DNA of 64,000 nucleotides, from IMG/VR virus record IMGVR_UViG_3300030099_007414, positions 32,001-96,000 of that record; one strand, written 5' to 3'. A program made the position numbers and the translations under genes. Position 1 is the stretch's first letter. Each line of letters opens with the position of its first letter. This DNA comes from a virus. The notes beneath the pieces were generated by a model. The model searched no databases, was not told the DNA's origin, and worked only from the letters and a program-made list of their open reading frames with translations. This document shows positions 9,078 through 18,007 of this stretch, in pieces.

Positions 9078-10379
9078 TTAAAATTCCCATATCTCATCTT
9101 CAATGAGTGTTATAAATTCTACATTATCATTCCACAGATAGCAAATGTGGTCATAAACTTTATTTGCGTGCGATAGCTCCAAATCTCTTCCATCGTGTTC
9201 ATGTTTGATAAAAAGTGTGTTTGTCTTCTTTTCATAGTCCTCAACGTAAACAACAGGAACTCCATTTAGCCCTACATTACTAATTAGAGCGTCACGGACG
9301 CTTTTCCACCCTTCTTTGTCAGAAATTTCTTTAATTGAAAAATTTCCGGAATACCTGTCTCTAGAATAGTTAAATAGGTTAAGTTCAGCGCAGACTTCTT
9401 TGTCCAAGTACTTTCTAATAAAAGACTCATCGTCGTGCGTTTCTCTAACCAACAGACATTCTTCAAATCCGTGATCTTTCTCTATTTTCTTAAATAAGGT
9501 ATACCCAAGATGATAAGGATTTACACGGCCCACAATGGGCCTAACCACTTGATTGTGAGTTTTGAGAAATGCAAGATGATATTTGTCTGGTAAATTTAAG
9601 TCATACATGATCTTTTCATGGATTAGAACTGCCCAGCCTTCATTCATAATTTTGGTTTGACCCTGTGGGACAAAATATTTAGATCTTCTTTCCACCATCT
9701 CGATCAAATCCCTTTGCCAATCTTCGAGATCGCGAGCGTTTTTGCGGATAAATCCCAAAAGGTTATAATCTTTTTGGACTAGCCCGATTGAAAGGTCCAG
9801 CTTTCCTTTGGTCTTTTTAAACAAATCTTTTTTGGCAGCTTCCTCGCTTAAGCGAGTGATTCCCGGTGTACGGGGAATTTGATACTGAATAGCATGGCAT
9901 GCGTCCAGTATTCTTTCCACCTTATCGATTCCTATGTCGGGGTCTTCGATGTATTGTTGGACTCGCTTACCTGCTGCCTTAAATCTAGCAATCACGTTAT
10001 CAGGATCGGTGTGTCTGAACATTCTATTGTTCTTAAAGAAGTCAGAGTGGCCCACACAATGAGACATCGTAAGAAGATGGGTGCTCATGGGGTTTTCTAG
10101 CATTAAGTATGCTATCGAAGGATTGGAATTGATGATCATCTCATAGGGAAGACCTTCCATGCCCAGATTGTATCTGGTAATTGTTCTCTCGAAAGATTTA
10201 CCAAAGGACCAGTGCCTATAGTGAGTGGGCAAGCCTGTATATGCCATCGCACCGATCATTTCTCGGTAATTTAATATTTCATATTCGATAGGGAACCAAT
10301 CGAGATTGTATTTTTCTTTGGCAATTTTGCAGATTTTATCATCCCAATCTTGTAACTCTTTTACGGACCAGTCTTTCAC
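9078..10379 (-). CDS. spoVR: SpoVR/YcgB family protein
   Basis: Motifs GLPTHYRHWSFGK, YEMIINSNP.IAYLM, H..GHSDFFKNN, YF.PQ.QTKIMNEGWA, NPYHLG and HEHDGRDL. The GTG start overlaps the yeaH TAG (TAGTG). SD GGAGG. Confidence 0.93.
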   Translation of the reverse strand: MKDWSVKELQDWDDKICKIAKEKYNLDWFPIEYEILNYREMIGAMAYTGLPTHYRHWSFGKSFERTITRYNLGMEGLPYEMIINSNPSIAYLMLENPMSTHLLTMSHCVGHSDFFKNNRMFRHTDPDNVIARFKAAGKRVQQYIEDPDIGIDKVERILDACHAIQYQIPRTPGITRLSEEAAKKDLFKKTKGKLDLSIGLVQKDYNLLGFIRKNARDLEDWQRDLIEMVERRSKYFVPQGQTKIMNEGWAVLIHEKIMYDLNLPDKYHLAFLKTHNQVVRPIVGRVNPYHLGYTLFKKIEKDHGFEECLLVRETHDDESFIRKYLDKEVCAELNLFNYSRDRYSGNFSIKEISDKEGWKSVRDALISNVGLNGVPVVYVEDYEKKTNTLFIKHEHDGRDLELSHANKVYDHICYLWNDNVEFITLIEDEIWEF

Positions 10380-11587
10380 TAGTTTTTTCCTCCAAACAAG
10401 ACCTTAAAAGAAGGCCAAATCATGTTGGGCTTAGATATTCTAACTCTTTTAAAACTATCATCTACGATAGGACTTAGCTTTTTCCACAAATTTGTAGCTT
10501 CGCTTTGGTTGTAGTTAAATGATTTACTCAAGATTCCATAAGTACTCTCTTCCGGTAGAGAGGCTGGATCAATTTCTGCATAACACATCATCTGATTTAC
10601 CTCTTTTAATTCCCTAAAAAGATTAACTGTCTTTTCATCATCGAAAGACCAGTTTTCGCCGTCGCCAGAGTAAAATGTGTATATGTTCCAGCTGGAGGGG
10701 TGATATCTTTTAGAAATAATATCTTTAGTTAGCTGCAGGGCCGAAGACATTACAGTTCCCCCCATGGTTCCTCTCTTAAAGAAATCGTCTTCATTTACCT
10801 CTTTGGCATCAGTCGAGTGGGAAATAAATACCACCTCAACATTGTCATATTTATATCTCAAAAACTGATAGAGTAGGAAATAGAAGCTTCGAGCCATGTA
10901 CTTTTTTTCTTTGCCCATTGAGCCGGATACATCCATCACAAAGAAGATGACAGCAGAATTGTTTTCTTGCGGCTTTAATTTTGTGTGCTTATATTTTAAG
11001 TCGTCCTCGTGGAAGGGGAATCTCTCTCCAGAGTCGGGATCAAAAGCTCCGGAGGCGATAGCCATCTTTTTCCTTCTAATCTTTCTCTTGATTGTCTCTT
11101 TTTTCGACAACCTAGATCTCATACCTTTCTTCCTAAAACCGCTTCTCTTTGGTTTGTGACTTTTTATAAGTCTAAATCTCTTTTTTTCTAGGTCGGGCAG
11201 TTCTAAATCTTGGAAAAGATATTCGGCTAATTCGTCCAGAGTCACCTCTACATCGTAATACTCTTCTCCAGCTTTATCCGAACCCTTTTTTCCTTGGGCC
11301 TTTTGTTTTTGGCCACCTTTACGCAAAACTTGGCCTCTTTTAATTTTTTTATCACCTGCAGATCCGGTTTTTTGATTCTTTTCGTTGTCTCCGTAGACAA
11401 AGTGGTATTCTTTGATACCCTTTACGGGTATTTTTATCTTCTTTTTACCATCTTGGCCAATAATAGACTCATCAGCAATGACGTCCCTTATGCCCTCTTT
11501 GATTGCTTTGTCGATTTTTTCTTTGTGCCGCTTTCTGTCTGCGGCTGAACGGTCTGCGGTAGACTTATGTTCCCTAAAAATACTCAA
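10379..11587 (-). CDS. yeaH: YeaH/YhbH (DUF444) VWA-domain protein
   Basis: Motifs DRSAADRKRH, ESIIG..GKKKIKIP, LF.DLELPDL, MIDAS AVIFFVMDVSGSM, GGTVMSSA, RYHPSSWNIY.F..GDGENW..D. TTG start at 11587 with GGAGG 5 nt upstream. Confidence 0.92.
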   Translation of the reverse strand: MSIFREHKSTADRSAADRKRHKEKIDKAIKEGIRDVIADESIIGQDGKKKIKIPVKGIKEYHFVYGDNEKNQKTGSAGDKKIKRGQVLRKGGQKQKAQGKKGSDKAGEEYYDVEVTLDELAEYLFQDLELPDLEKKRFRLIKSHKPKRSGFRKKGMRSRLSKKETIKRKIRRKKMAIASGAFDPDSGERFPFHEDDLKYKHTKLKPQENNSAVIFFVMDVSGSMGKEKKYMARSFYFLLYQFLRYKYDNVEVVFISHSTDAKEVNEDDFFKRGTMGGTVMSSALQLTKDIISKRYHPSSWNIYTFYSGDGENWSFDDEKTVNLFRELKEVNQMMCYAEIDPASLPEESTYGILSKSFNYNQSEATNLWKKLSPIVDDSFKRVRISKPNMIWPSFKVLFGGKN

Positions 11588-11588
11588 A

Positions 11589-12521
11589 CTAGCCTCCAAA
11601 GTGCGAAGTTATAGCAGAAAGGAATATTACTATCAAACTATCTCCCGCCTCCAGTTCATAATTGCTTATAATCTGGTTGCCTTCGTTGATGTAAAAATCT
11701 CCAGAACCTTCTACAGTAGTAAGTAGTTGTAACATACCGTTTAAGAACACCATAATGGTGTCTGCTTCGAGAACTTGCCCTTCGGGAATTGAGAAAAAAT
11801 CATTAACACTGGTACCCGCTGCGACCGGTGCTGATAGAATACTTGGCGTAGTTGATCCCGAATCTTCTGCTCCATGAACTATTTTTGCGGCGGTGGTATA
11901 TGGCGCTCCTTCTCCACTGCCACCGGACCCTCCGGAACCAGCCGACTCTCCGGCTTCATCCTCTGCTTCGGCGGCCGCAGTGCCGCTTATTTGGGCATTG
12001 GCGATGGCTGCATCTTGGATTCTAGTATCTAAAACTTCAAAATCTAGCAACCCTTTTCTAGTCCGAACACACTTAGCCATTATTTGGAAAAGGTGATCAA
12101 CTTGGCCAAAAAGCGGCCTGTCTTCTGTCAAGGTGACAATTTCATAAAAAGTATGGCCATACTGAATATAATCACCCTCTCTCAGGTAAGTATCTTGATC
12201 CTCGTGCAATCTTCTTTCGTGGAATTTAACATTTATGGTGTGCATCTTGTCTAAACCGAAATTTTCAGTTGTAGTTTCGATGGCTTCAAAATCAACCAAG
12301 ACGTATACCCTTATTGGCGGCAAAAAGCATTTTTCTATAGCCTCTCCGTAGAGAGGGTGGAAATTGGTGTACTCCATGGAGACCGGCAAATAAAGAATTG
12401 GCTGACCGATAACTCTTTCGAGCAATTCATCGTTAACTTGCTTTACTAAATTTCTCTCTTTTTGTCCCAAAAATAAAGGAGGAGGGGGATTAGTTGGTCT
12501 TGTCCACTTGTTATTTGCCAT
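11589..12521 (-). CDS. Neck/head-closure protein (T4 gp14-like) with a C-terminal extension
   Basis: N.HPLYGEA..K.F motif and REGDYIQYG..FYEI; position after gp13/gp15-like genes. An Ala/Gly/Glu linker precedes a VFLNG.LQ...DF...GD.L.V module. Confidence 0.6.
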   Translation of the reverse strand: MANNKWTRPTNPPPPLFLGQKERNLVKQVNDELLERVIGQPILYLPVSMEYTNFHPLYGEAIEKCFLPPIRVYVLVDFEAIETTTENFGLDKMHTINVKFHERRLHEDQDTYLREGDYIQYGHTFYEIVTLTEDRPLFGQVDHLFQIMAKCVRTRKGLLDFEVLDTRIQDAAIANAQISGTAAAEAEDEAGESAGSGGSGGSGEGAPYTTAAKIVHGAEDSGSTTPSILSAPVAAGTSVNDFFSIPEGQVLEADTIMVFLNGMLQLLTTVEGSGDFYINEGNQIISNYELEAGDSLIVIFLSAITSHFGG

Positions 12522-13391
12522 TTAGTAGTCCTTTTTGTCTCCGAAAATCACTCTTTCTCTGACGATTATAATTTCTGCTGCTGATTCTCTAATTGTCATT
12601 TTTGGCTGCTCATCATTTTTGTCAGATCCCATTAAATAGCCTAAAACTTTTAGATTGATAGAAGTCATGAACTTTCTTTCCTCATCGCTTAAATTAGAGA
12701 TGTTGTTTTCTAATCCAAAGTCTCCATCAACAAAACCCTCAAACCTATGTCCGTCGTTGGTAATAAAGAAATTGTTTATTTGGCCTGTGTAAGCCAAGAA
12801 GGGAGTCACGATTTCATTCATCTGCTGTTGATACTCGGTGTTCACAGTGATCTTATAGTCCATAACCACATATGTGGGTAACGGCATTGTGATTGTCTCA
12901 TAAACGGCTTTGTCGCTCTTATATGGATAGGTCTGTTGGCCAAACAATCTCTTGGCATCAGCGTTCTTAAAATTTGCTGTCTTTTCCTGTTGTAATCTTC
13001 GCGCTACCGTGATTGCTCCACCTTTTGCATCGTTTTGTCTAGGAATATTAGCCCATGCTACCCCTTTCATGTTGGGATCTTTTACTACTGATGTCCTCTC
13101 AATGCTGATAGCGGGAAGGGTAAACACGTCTTTATTTCTTAAATCTTTATTGTCCTTTATCTGAAAGGATCTTTCTGCCATGGACCAAATGAGAGGAACT
13201 TTTTTCCATCCTTCGTTGGTAGTGCAAAAAATATTCAATTCATCATTTAGCCAATTAAATAAGGCGACGTCTACGGTCTCAATCGTAGATGGCATAAACT
13301 GAACTTCCCTTAGAGCGGGCTTCTCTTGCTTCACTTTTTCTTCTGGGAAGTACGGTCTGTAGCCATCATATTTTTCTTCTCTGCTGCTCAT
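12522..13391 (-). CDS. Tail terminator/completion protein (T4 gp15-like)
   Basis: KVPLIW, LPAISIERT and P.YVVMDY.ITV.TEY.QQMNEIV resemble gp15-like proteins; neck cluster context. Confidence 0.6.
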   Translation of the reverse strand: MSSREEKYDGYRPYFPEEKVKQEKPALREVQFMPSTIETVDVALFNWLNDELNIFCTTNEGWKKVPLIWSMAERSFQIKDNKDLRNKDVFTLPAISIERTSVVKDPNMKGVAWANIPRQNDAKGGAITVARRLQQEKTANFKNADAKRLFGQQTYPYKSDKAVYETITMPLPTYVVMDYKITVNTEYQQQMNEIVTPFLAYTGQINNFFITNDGHRFEGFVDGDFGLENNISNLSDEERKFMTSINLKVLGYLMGSDKNDEQPKMTIRESAAEIIIVRERVIFGDKKDY

Positions 13392-13395
13392 ATTT

Positions 13396-14664
13396 TTATC
13401 CTTGGAAAATAATCAGAGGAACGCGCTTTTGAACGTCGTTAGTAGCATCTGATTTTTCAGCGTCCTTTTTAGATAGTTCAACATATGTTAATTCATCCAA
13501 AATAGTCTTAAGCTCTTCTCTAAGCTTTTCCTGCTCCTCTTTTGCCTGACTAAGCAGCGTGTCAGCATTCAAGTTAACCGCTTCACCGGGAATGGGGATG
13601 GTTTGAAACTTGCCGCGAATCTGGGCCAAAGTTTCTTTGGACAATGCTAAAGCGAAGCGTCGAATCCACTGCTTACCGATGGCGTTAATATTATCATAGG
13701 GAATATTATCAAAGGGAAGAGTGTTCATGTTATTAATTCCACTAATTCCCGTGTCAGTGGTTCCTGTTTCTTCCCAAGCGTCTGGTATAATAGAGAAGTC
13801 CACCCACATAAACCTGTAATCGGACACAATGTCCGGAGCGGGAAAGATTCTCAAATGATTATCTTTAATCTCATAAGAATAGTGAGACAATCTGGTGTAG
13901 ATGCTATCTTCGTAAGCCATGGCTTGGAGCTTGTTTTGCCAAGTTGGGACTAATTCAAAAGTAGAGTCGTCCGTATATTGTCCGTAATAGTTTAAATTAC
14001 CTACCACATTCAATCCCCCAAAGTAGCCAAAGAATCTCCACATTGCATTTGGAGTTTTGTAGTAAACTTTCTTGATTATTACTCTCTTGTCTCCTACTAT
14101 TCCGGCGTAGGCGGCGGCACCCCCGGAAGGGTCATTGCCAGATGCAGATGATCCGGAAATAATAGATTGTAAATCGTAATCTTGCTCGCCCTGCACTAAG
14201 TTAAATGATGCGGAATAAATAGGGATGGTGCCACCGATTCCAGCAGCAGTAGAATAGGCATCAGATATTCTGCGCTCTATCTCAAAGGAAACTCTAGGGA
14301 ATTTAAGATTGACGTTTTCTGGACCAGTGATTCTTTCACCTTCATGGTTAAAGGTTCCCGTAGTTTGTCCCAGTACATCTGATAAAATATTTTTTGATTG
14401 ATGTAAGTTAACCAAATAACTGTATTCTAATACTGCCTCTTGATAATTGGCATAAACATTGCCCGTTTTTAATTCAATGTCTAGGACATCGCCACCAATC
14501 TTTTTGTAGGTATAGGCTACCTGATCTGCGGCACCGGATAAAAACTGTGGTGAATCAGAGTATACTTCCAATGGAAGTAAAGCAGCTACTTCAGTAACTG
14601 TCCCAGTAGCGGGCAAGATAGATTTGCTCATCTGGCTAATGGGAGTTAAGGTTGGAAATGCCAT
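13396..14664 (-). CDS. Neck/head-tail adaptor (T4 gp13-like)
   Basis: GG.VLDIEL at the N-terminus; WIRRFALALSKETL.QIRGKF..IPIPG..V.LN...L..QA.EE..KL.EEL at the C-terminus. Follows the capsid gene. Start moved to MAFP (14664), SD AGGAG. Confidence 0.75.
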   Translation of the reverse strand: MAFPTLTPISQMSKSILPATGTVTEVAALLPLEVYSDSPQFLSGAADQVAYTYKKIGGDVLDIELKTGNVYANYQEAVLEYSYLVNLHQSKNILSDVLGQTTGTFNHEGERITGPENVNLKFPRVSFEIERRISDAYSTAAGIGGTIPIYSASFNLVQGEQDYDLQSIISGSSASGNDPSGGAAAYAGIVGDKRVIIKKVYYKTPNAMWRFFGYFGGLNVVGNLNYYGQYTDDSTFELVPTWQNKLQAMAYEDSIYTRLSHYSYEIKDNHLRIFPAPDIVSDYRFMWVDFSIIPDAWEETGTTDTGISGINNMNTLPFDNIPYDNINAIGKQWIRRFALALSKETLAQIRGKFQTIPIPGEAVNLNADTLLSQAKEEQEKLREELKTILDELTYVELSKKDAEKSDATNDVQKRVPLIIFQG

Positions 14665-14684
14665 TATAAATTTTCTCCTAATTC

Positions 14685-14693
14685 TAAGTAGTT
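14685..14693 (-). promoter_or_regulatory. Candidate late promoter AACTACTTA
   Basis: Lies between the capsid terminator and the RBS of the neck gene. The same motif recurs in other intergenic gaps. Confidence 0.55.
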
Positions 14694-14702
14694 TCCACAA
14701 GC

Positions 14703-14731
14703 ACAAAACCCCCCCACAAAATGTGGGAGGG
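14703..14731 (-). terminator. Intrinsic terminator after the major capsid gene
   Basis: Minus-strand CCCTCCCACA-TTT-TGTGGGGGGG (one G-U pair) followed by TTTTG. Confidence 0.75.
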
Positions 14732-14763
14732 CCTTATTTGAGGTTAAAAACCTATAATACTGA

Positions 14764-16476
14764 TTATAGATCTTCTACGATAACGAGACCGTACATATCT
14801 GGACGAACCATCTTCTTCGCGTAGCGAGTCATGACACCCTTACGTGGCACGAAGTCCTCTGTTCCGAAGATTGTTGGTGTCATCTGGAGCGGGACGTATG
14901 GTGCGTATACATATCCGCTTTCGAGGAATGAAGAACCTTTACGGCCAACCAAGACAACGTTTCTTGGGAAGTAAGGATCGACGTAAACGTCGAACTTCTT
15001 GCTCAAAGAGCCGACTTTAACTGCGCCGATTTCGCCGCGATCATCGTCGTGAGTAACGCTTCCACGGAATCCTGCAGTGAACTCAAGGATGTTAGCAACT
15101 TCTGGAGAACAAACTACGAAGTTAGCACCACCTCTTAAGGTCTTGCGATGGATCTGTGCAGAAACATCATTAATGGTTTCAGCCAAGGTTTCATACCATT
15201 CTGAAACGTTACCAGTGAAGTCTGGGAATGCAACAACAGTTGTGCCGGGTGCAACACCGGTTCTACGGTTAACAAACTTACCGGGCAAACGTGACCAGTA
15301 AAGCTTTTCAGCTGTAGATCCTTTTACAAGGTCTTCAAGGATTTCTTGGTCGATTTCAAGAGCGATGTGCTCTGAAAGGATAGAAGTCAACTCAACTTCT
15401 GCATCCAAGTTATGGTATGCGTTCAAGTCTTGAGCCAATTCTGGTGTCCACTTAGCCTTAAGCTTCTTGGTCTTTGCTGTAACAGCAATAGAATCAACCT
15501 TGATGTCGATTTCAGGAATGTTTGGATTGTTTTCCAATCCCCAAGCAACATCACCTTCGATTGAACCAAGTGCGCCGCCATCGATGAAGTTATCATCAAT
15601 TACGAATGAAGCAGTTGCGTGATTAACAAGAAGTGTTGCAAGGACACCCGGAGGGGTTGCGCCGGTTTGGTCTGCAGCGACAAGAACAATACTATCTGCC
15701 GTCGCAGGTGAATCAACAGTTAAGCGTCTGACTTGAACAGGAAGATTGTTTCCTGCTGCGTCTTGACATGTAATGGTTACATAATCTTTGACGTTAAATT
15801 TCTCTGGAGCTGCAGTGAAAGTTGTAAGAGGAACTTCTACCATGGCAACAGTACAACTGTCTCCGAGGTCCGGATCGTATCTGATCAGGCCGTCGTTCAA
15901 GAGTGCTGGGACATTGAGGTTGGCGGTACCTGTCCATACACCACCGCTGGTGCGCTCTGCGTCGCCGGTTACAGCTGTCAACCATACCGCAGAACCAGTT
16001 GGAGAGGAGTAGCCGTTATTAAGAGCATAGAAACTCTCTTCCGCATTAGGTCCAGCAAGAGAAACGCCACCGGTAATTTGAGAGCCGACAACGCCACCGC
16101 CGTATACAGAATCACCTGCTTCAGAGCCGAGGCGGTCACGGTCAAGTTGGAAGTCCAAGAAGAAAATGAGGCCAGATGGCAAGCTCATTGGTTGAACTGA
16201 AACGAGATCATTTGCGATTAATCCGCCGAAAACACGACGAACGATTGGGAATGCTACAGATGCGAAGCCTTCGACATCGCCACCTTGCATTGTAGAAGAT
16301 TCACGAAGAAGCTCCTTAGCTTGATTTTCTAGAAGTGCAGCCATACCGTGACGATCACGGTCGTTAGTGATTCCTTCCAAAAGACCTGTCTTTTCCCACT
16401 TATTGAGAAGAGCAGCTCCTTCCTTGGAGAGATCACGTCTAACAATGCCTTCTGTTAGTTTATTAATAATTGACAT
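14764..16476 (-). CDS. Major capsid protein (T4 gp23 family)
   Basis: LLENQ, P.VRRVF..LIA.DLVSVQPMS.P.GLIF, AKTKKLKA.WT.ELAQDL.AYH.LDAE.EL..ILS..IALEID.EI, GY.YAPYVPL and P..G.MTRY. SD AAAGGAGA. Confidence 0.97.
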   Translation of the reverse strand: MSIINKLTEGIVRRDLSKEGAALLNKWEKTGLLEGITNDRDRHGMAALLENQAKELLRESSTMQGGDVEGFASVAFPIVRRVFGGLIANDLVSVQPMSLPSGLIFFLDFQLDRDRLGSEAGDSVYGGGVVGSQITGGVSLAGPNAEESFYALNNGYSSPTGSAVWLTAVTGDAERTSGGVWTGTANLNVPALLNDGLIRYDPDLGDSCTVAMVEVPLTTFTAAPEKFNVKDYVTITCQDAAGNNLPVQVRRLTVDSPATADSIVLVAADQTGATPPGVLATLLVNHATASFVIDDNFIDGGALGSIEGDVAWGLENNPNIPEIDIKVDSIAVTAKTKKLKAKWTPELAQDLNAYHNLDAEVELTSILSEHIALEIDQEILEDLVKGSTAEKLYWSRLPGKFVNRRTGVAPGTTVVAFPDFTGNVSEWYETLAETINDVSAQIHRKTLRGGANFVVCSPEVANILEFTAGFRGSVTHDDDRGEIGAVKVGSLSKKFDVYVDPYFPRNVVLVGRKGSSFLESGYVYAPYVPLQMTPTIFGTEDFVPRKGVMTRYAKKMVRPDMYGLVIVEDL

Positions 16477-16496
16477 TTTAAAAATTCTCCTTTAAT

Positions 16497-17498
16497 TTAT
16501 TTTAATTTTTTTATGCCAGCCAAAATCTGCATTCTATCCGTTACGGGAGAACGCTTTTCTTTGGCTTCTCTTCTGGGTAAAGTGGCAGTAGGTCTTTCGA
16601 TAGTCTCGCGGAGTGATTGTGGTCGTGCTTTACCCGTTACACTACCCACTGCGCTTTCTAGAGTTTCGAAAATAACCTTTGCGTCATTAATTGAATCTGC
16701 ATTTGACAAAGCTTCGACAATTTTTGATTTTTGTCGCTCATTCAAGGAGTTGTTTGTTAAAACTCGATTCGTGTATAAAAGTCTTGCGTTAGAAAGATTC
16801 ACTCTATCGAATGATTCTTTTAACGTCTTAAGTGCTGCACTCATCTTTACAAGTTGCGCCTTCATTTCTGTGTTGTTTTCAGAAAGGCGTTCTCGTGCGG
16901 CTACTAGCTCCATGTTTTCCTCATGGGCTTTAGTCGCTGCCAATTGTGCTAATCTCATTTCTTCCTTATATCTCATGATATCTTCGGGAGTACCGGCCCA
17001 GCCGGATTTTTGAGGATCAATATCTACTACTAATTCTTCGATGATTTGCTCTAAAGCATCTACATCTACTTCTTCTTCCAAAGTTGCTTCGACTGGAACT
17101 GTTGCAACTTCATTATCCATAGCCAGAGAGGGTGCTTCCATGTCAACTTCCATATCAGCGGCCAATTCTTCGTGAGACTCTTGGTCTCCCATGAGGTCTC
17201 CTTCGGCTGCGGCTAAGGTTTCTGCCATGTCTTTTAGCTCTTCCATGCTAAGGACGATTTCTTGATCGGCAGAAACTGCGTCTACCTCCAAGCCCATTGG
17301 GATGCTATCCTGCAATGATTCAGATTCATCGCTTTCGATATCAGCAACAACCTCTTCCTCTTCTTGCTCTAAGAGAGATTCGACGGCCTCTTTAATGTCG
17401 CTTGAATATTTATTTAAAATTGCGGTTTCGGCATTTTTGATTGCTGCTTCTTTTAATGCAGTCGCATCAATGATTGCCTGTTCCAGTAGTGAAGACAT
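16497..17498 (-). CDS. Prohead core/scaffolding protein (gp22-like)
   Basis: Very acidic coiled-coil protein directly upstream of the capsid gene; C-terminal RMQILAGI; many L/I-x-E sites. Confidence 0.75.
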   Translation of the reverse strand: MSSLLEQAIIDATALKEAAIKNAETAILNKYSSDIKEAVESLLEQEEEEVVADIESDESESLQDSIPMGLEVDAVSADQEIVLSMEELKDMAETLAAAEGDLMGDQESHEELAADMEVDMEAPSLAMDNEVATVPVEATLEEEVDVDALEQIIEELVVDIDPQKSGWAGTPEDIMRYKEEMRLAQLAATKAHEENMELVAARERLSENNTEMKAQLVKMSAALKTLKESFDRVNLSNARLLYTNRVLTNNSLNERQKSKIVEALSNADSINDAKVIFETLESAVGSVTGKARPQSLRETIERPTATLPRREAKEKRSPVTDRMQILAGIKKLK

Positions 17499-17534
17499 AG
17501 ATAAACTCCTCTATAAAAAAAATTATCTCAAAAA

Positions 17535-17543
17535 TAAATAGTT
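17535..17543 (-). promoter_or_regulatory. Candidate late promoter AACTATTTA upstream of scaffold and capsid genes
   Basis: Intergenic, about 37 nt upstream of the scaffold ATG; recurrent motif. Confidence 0.6.
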
Positions 17544-17593
17544 TATTATTTTATAAAAAGACATATTTTATAAAGGTTAATTTGTTGCTAGTG

Positions 17594-17968
17594 CTATTCC
17601 GTAATGCCAGAACCGGTAAGTTCGAACATCTGACGGGCTTCAATTTGTGTCAAAGATGCGTAAACCCTAAATTTAGTGGGTGTAGAGGTTTCTACAAAGA
17701 TCTCTTTACACTTAACATCTAAAGCGTTGGGTGATATAGTGGCAATGTTGCCCTCAATGGTGAATTTATTTGCAGTTGTGGCTGCTGTATGAAAATAAAC
17801 ATCGATAGACTTACCATTTTCAACGAAAAATGAGACTTCTTTGGTGACAAGAGGGAATTCAATTTGCATAACGCCGTTAAGATTATCGGATCCCGTGACG
17901 AATGGCTGTCCTGATGCTTGATATGAGGCGGCATTTCCTATACCCGCTCTGTATTGATAAATTGACAT
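17594..17968 (-). CDS. Small beta-rich virion protein (possible head decoration)
   Basis: 124 aa, SD GGAG, own promoter-like motif, located in the head module. Confidence 0.5.
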   Translation of the reverse strand: MSIYQYRAGIGNAASYQASGQPFVTGSDNLNGVMQIEFPLVTKEVSFFVENGKSIDVYFHTAATTANKFTIEGNIATISPNALDVKCKEIFVETSTPTKFRVYASLTQIEARQMFELTGSGITE

Positions 17969-17992
17969 TTTATAAATGCTCCATTTTTCTTA

Positions 17993-18001
17993 TAATTAGT
18001 T
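17993..18001 (-). promoter_or_regulatory. Candidate late promoter AACTAATTA
   Basis: Intergenic, about 25 nt upstream of the ATG at 17968. Confidence 0.5.
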
Positions 18002-18007
18002 ATGATT

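Noticed and set aside
7133-11587. The prkA/spoVR/yeaH block as host chromosomal DNA or a prophage boundary
   Set aside because: It is on the same strand, coupled by a 1 nt gap to a neck gene and followed by a phage-type adhesin; no integrase, att site or other housekeeping genes are present. Read-level confirmation is still advisable.
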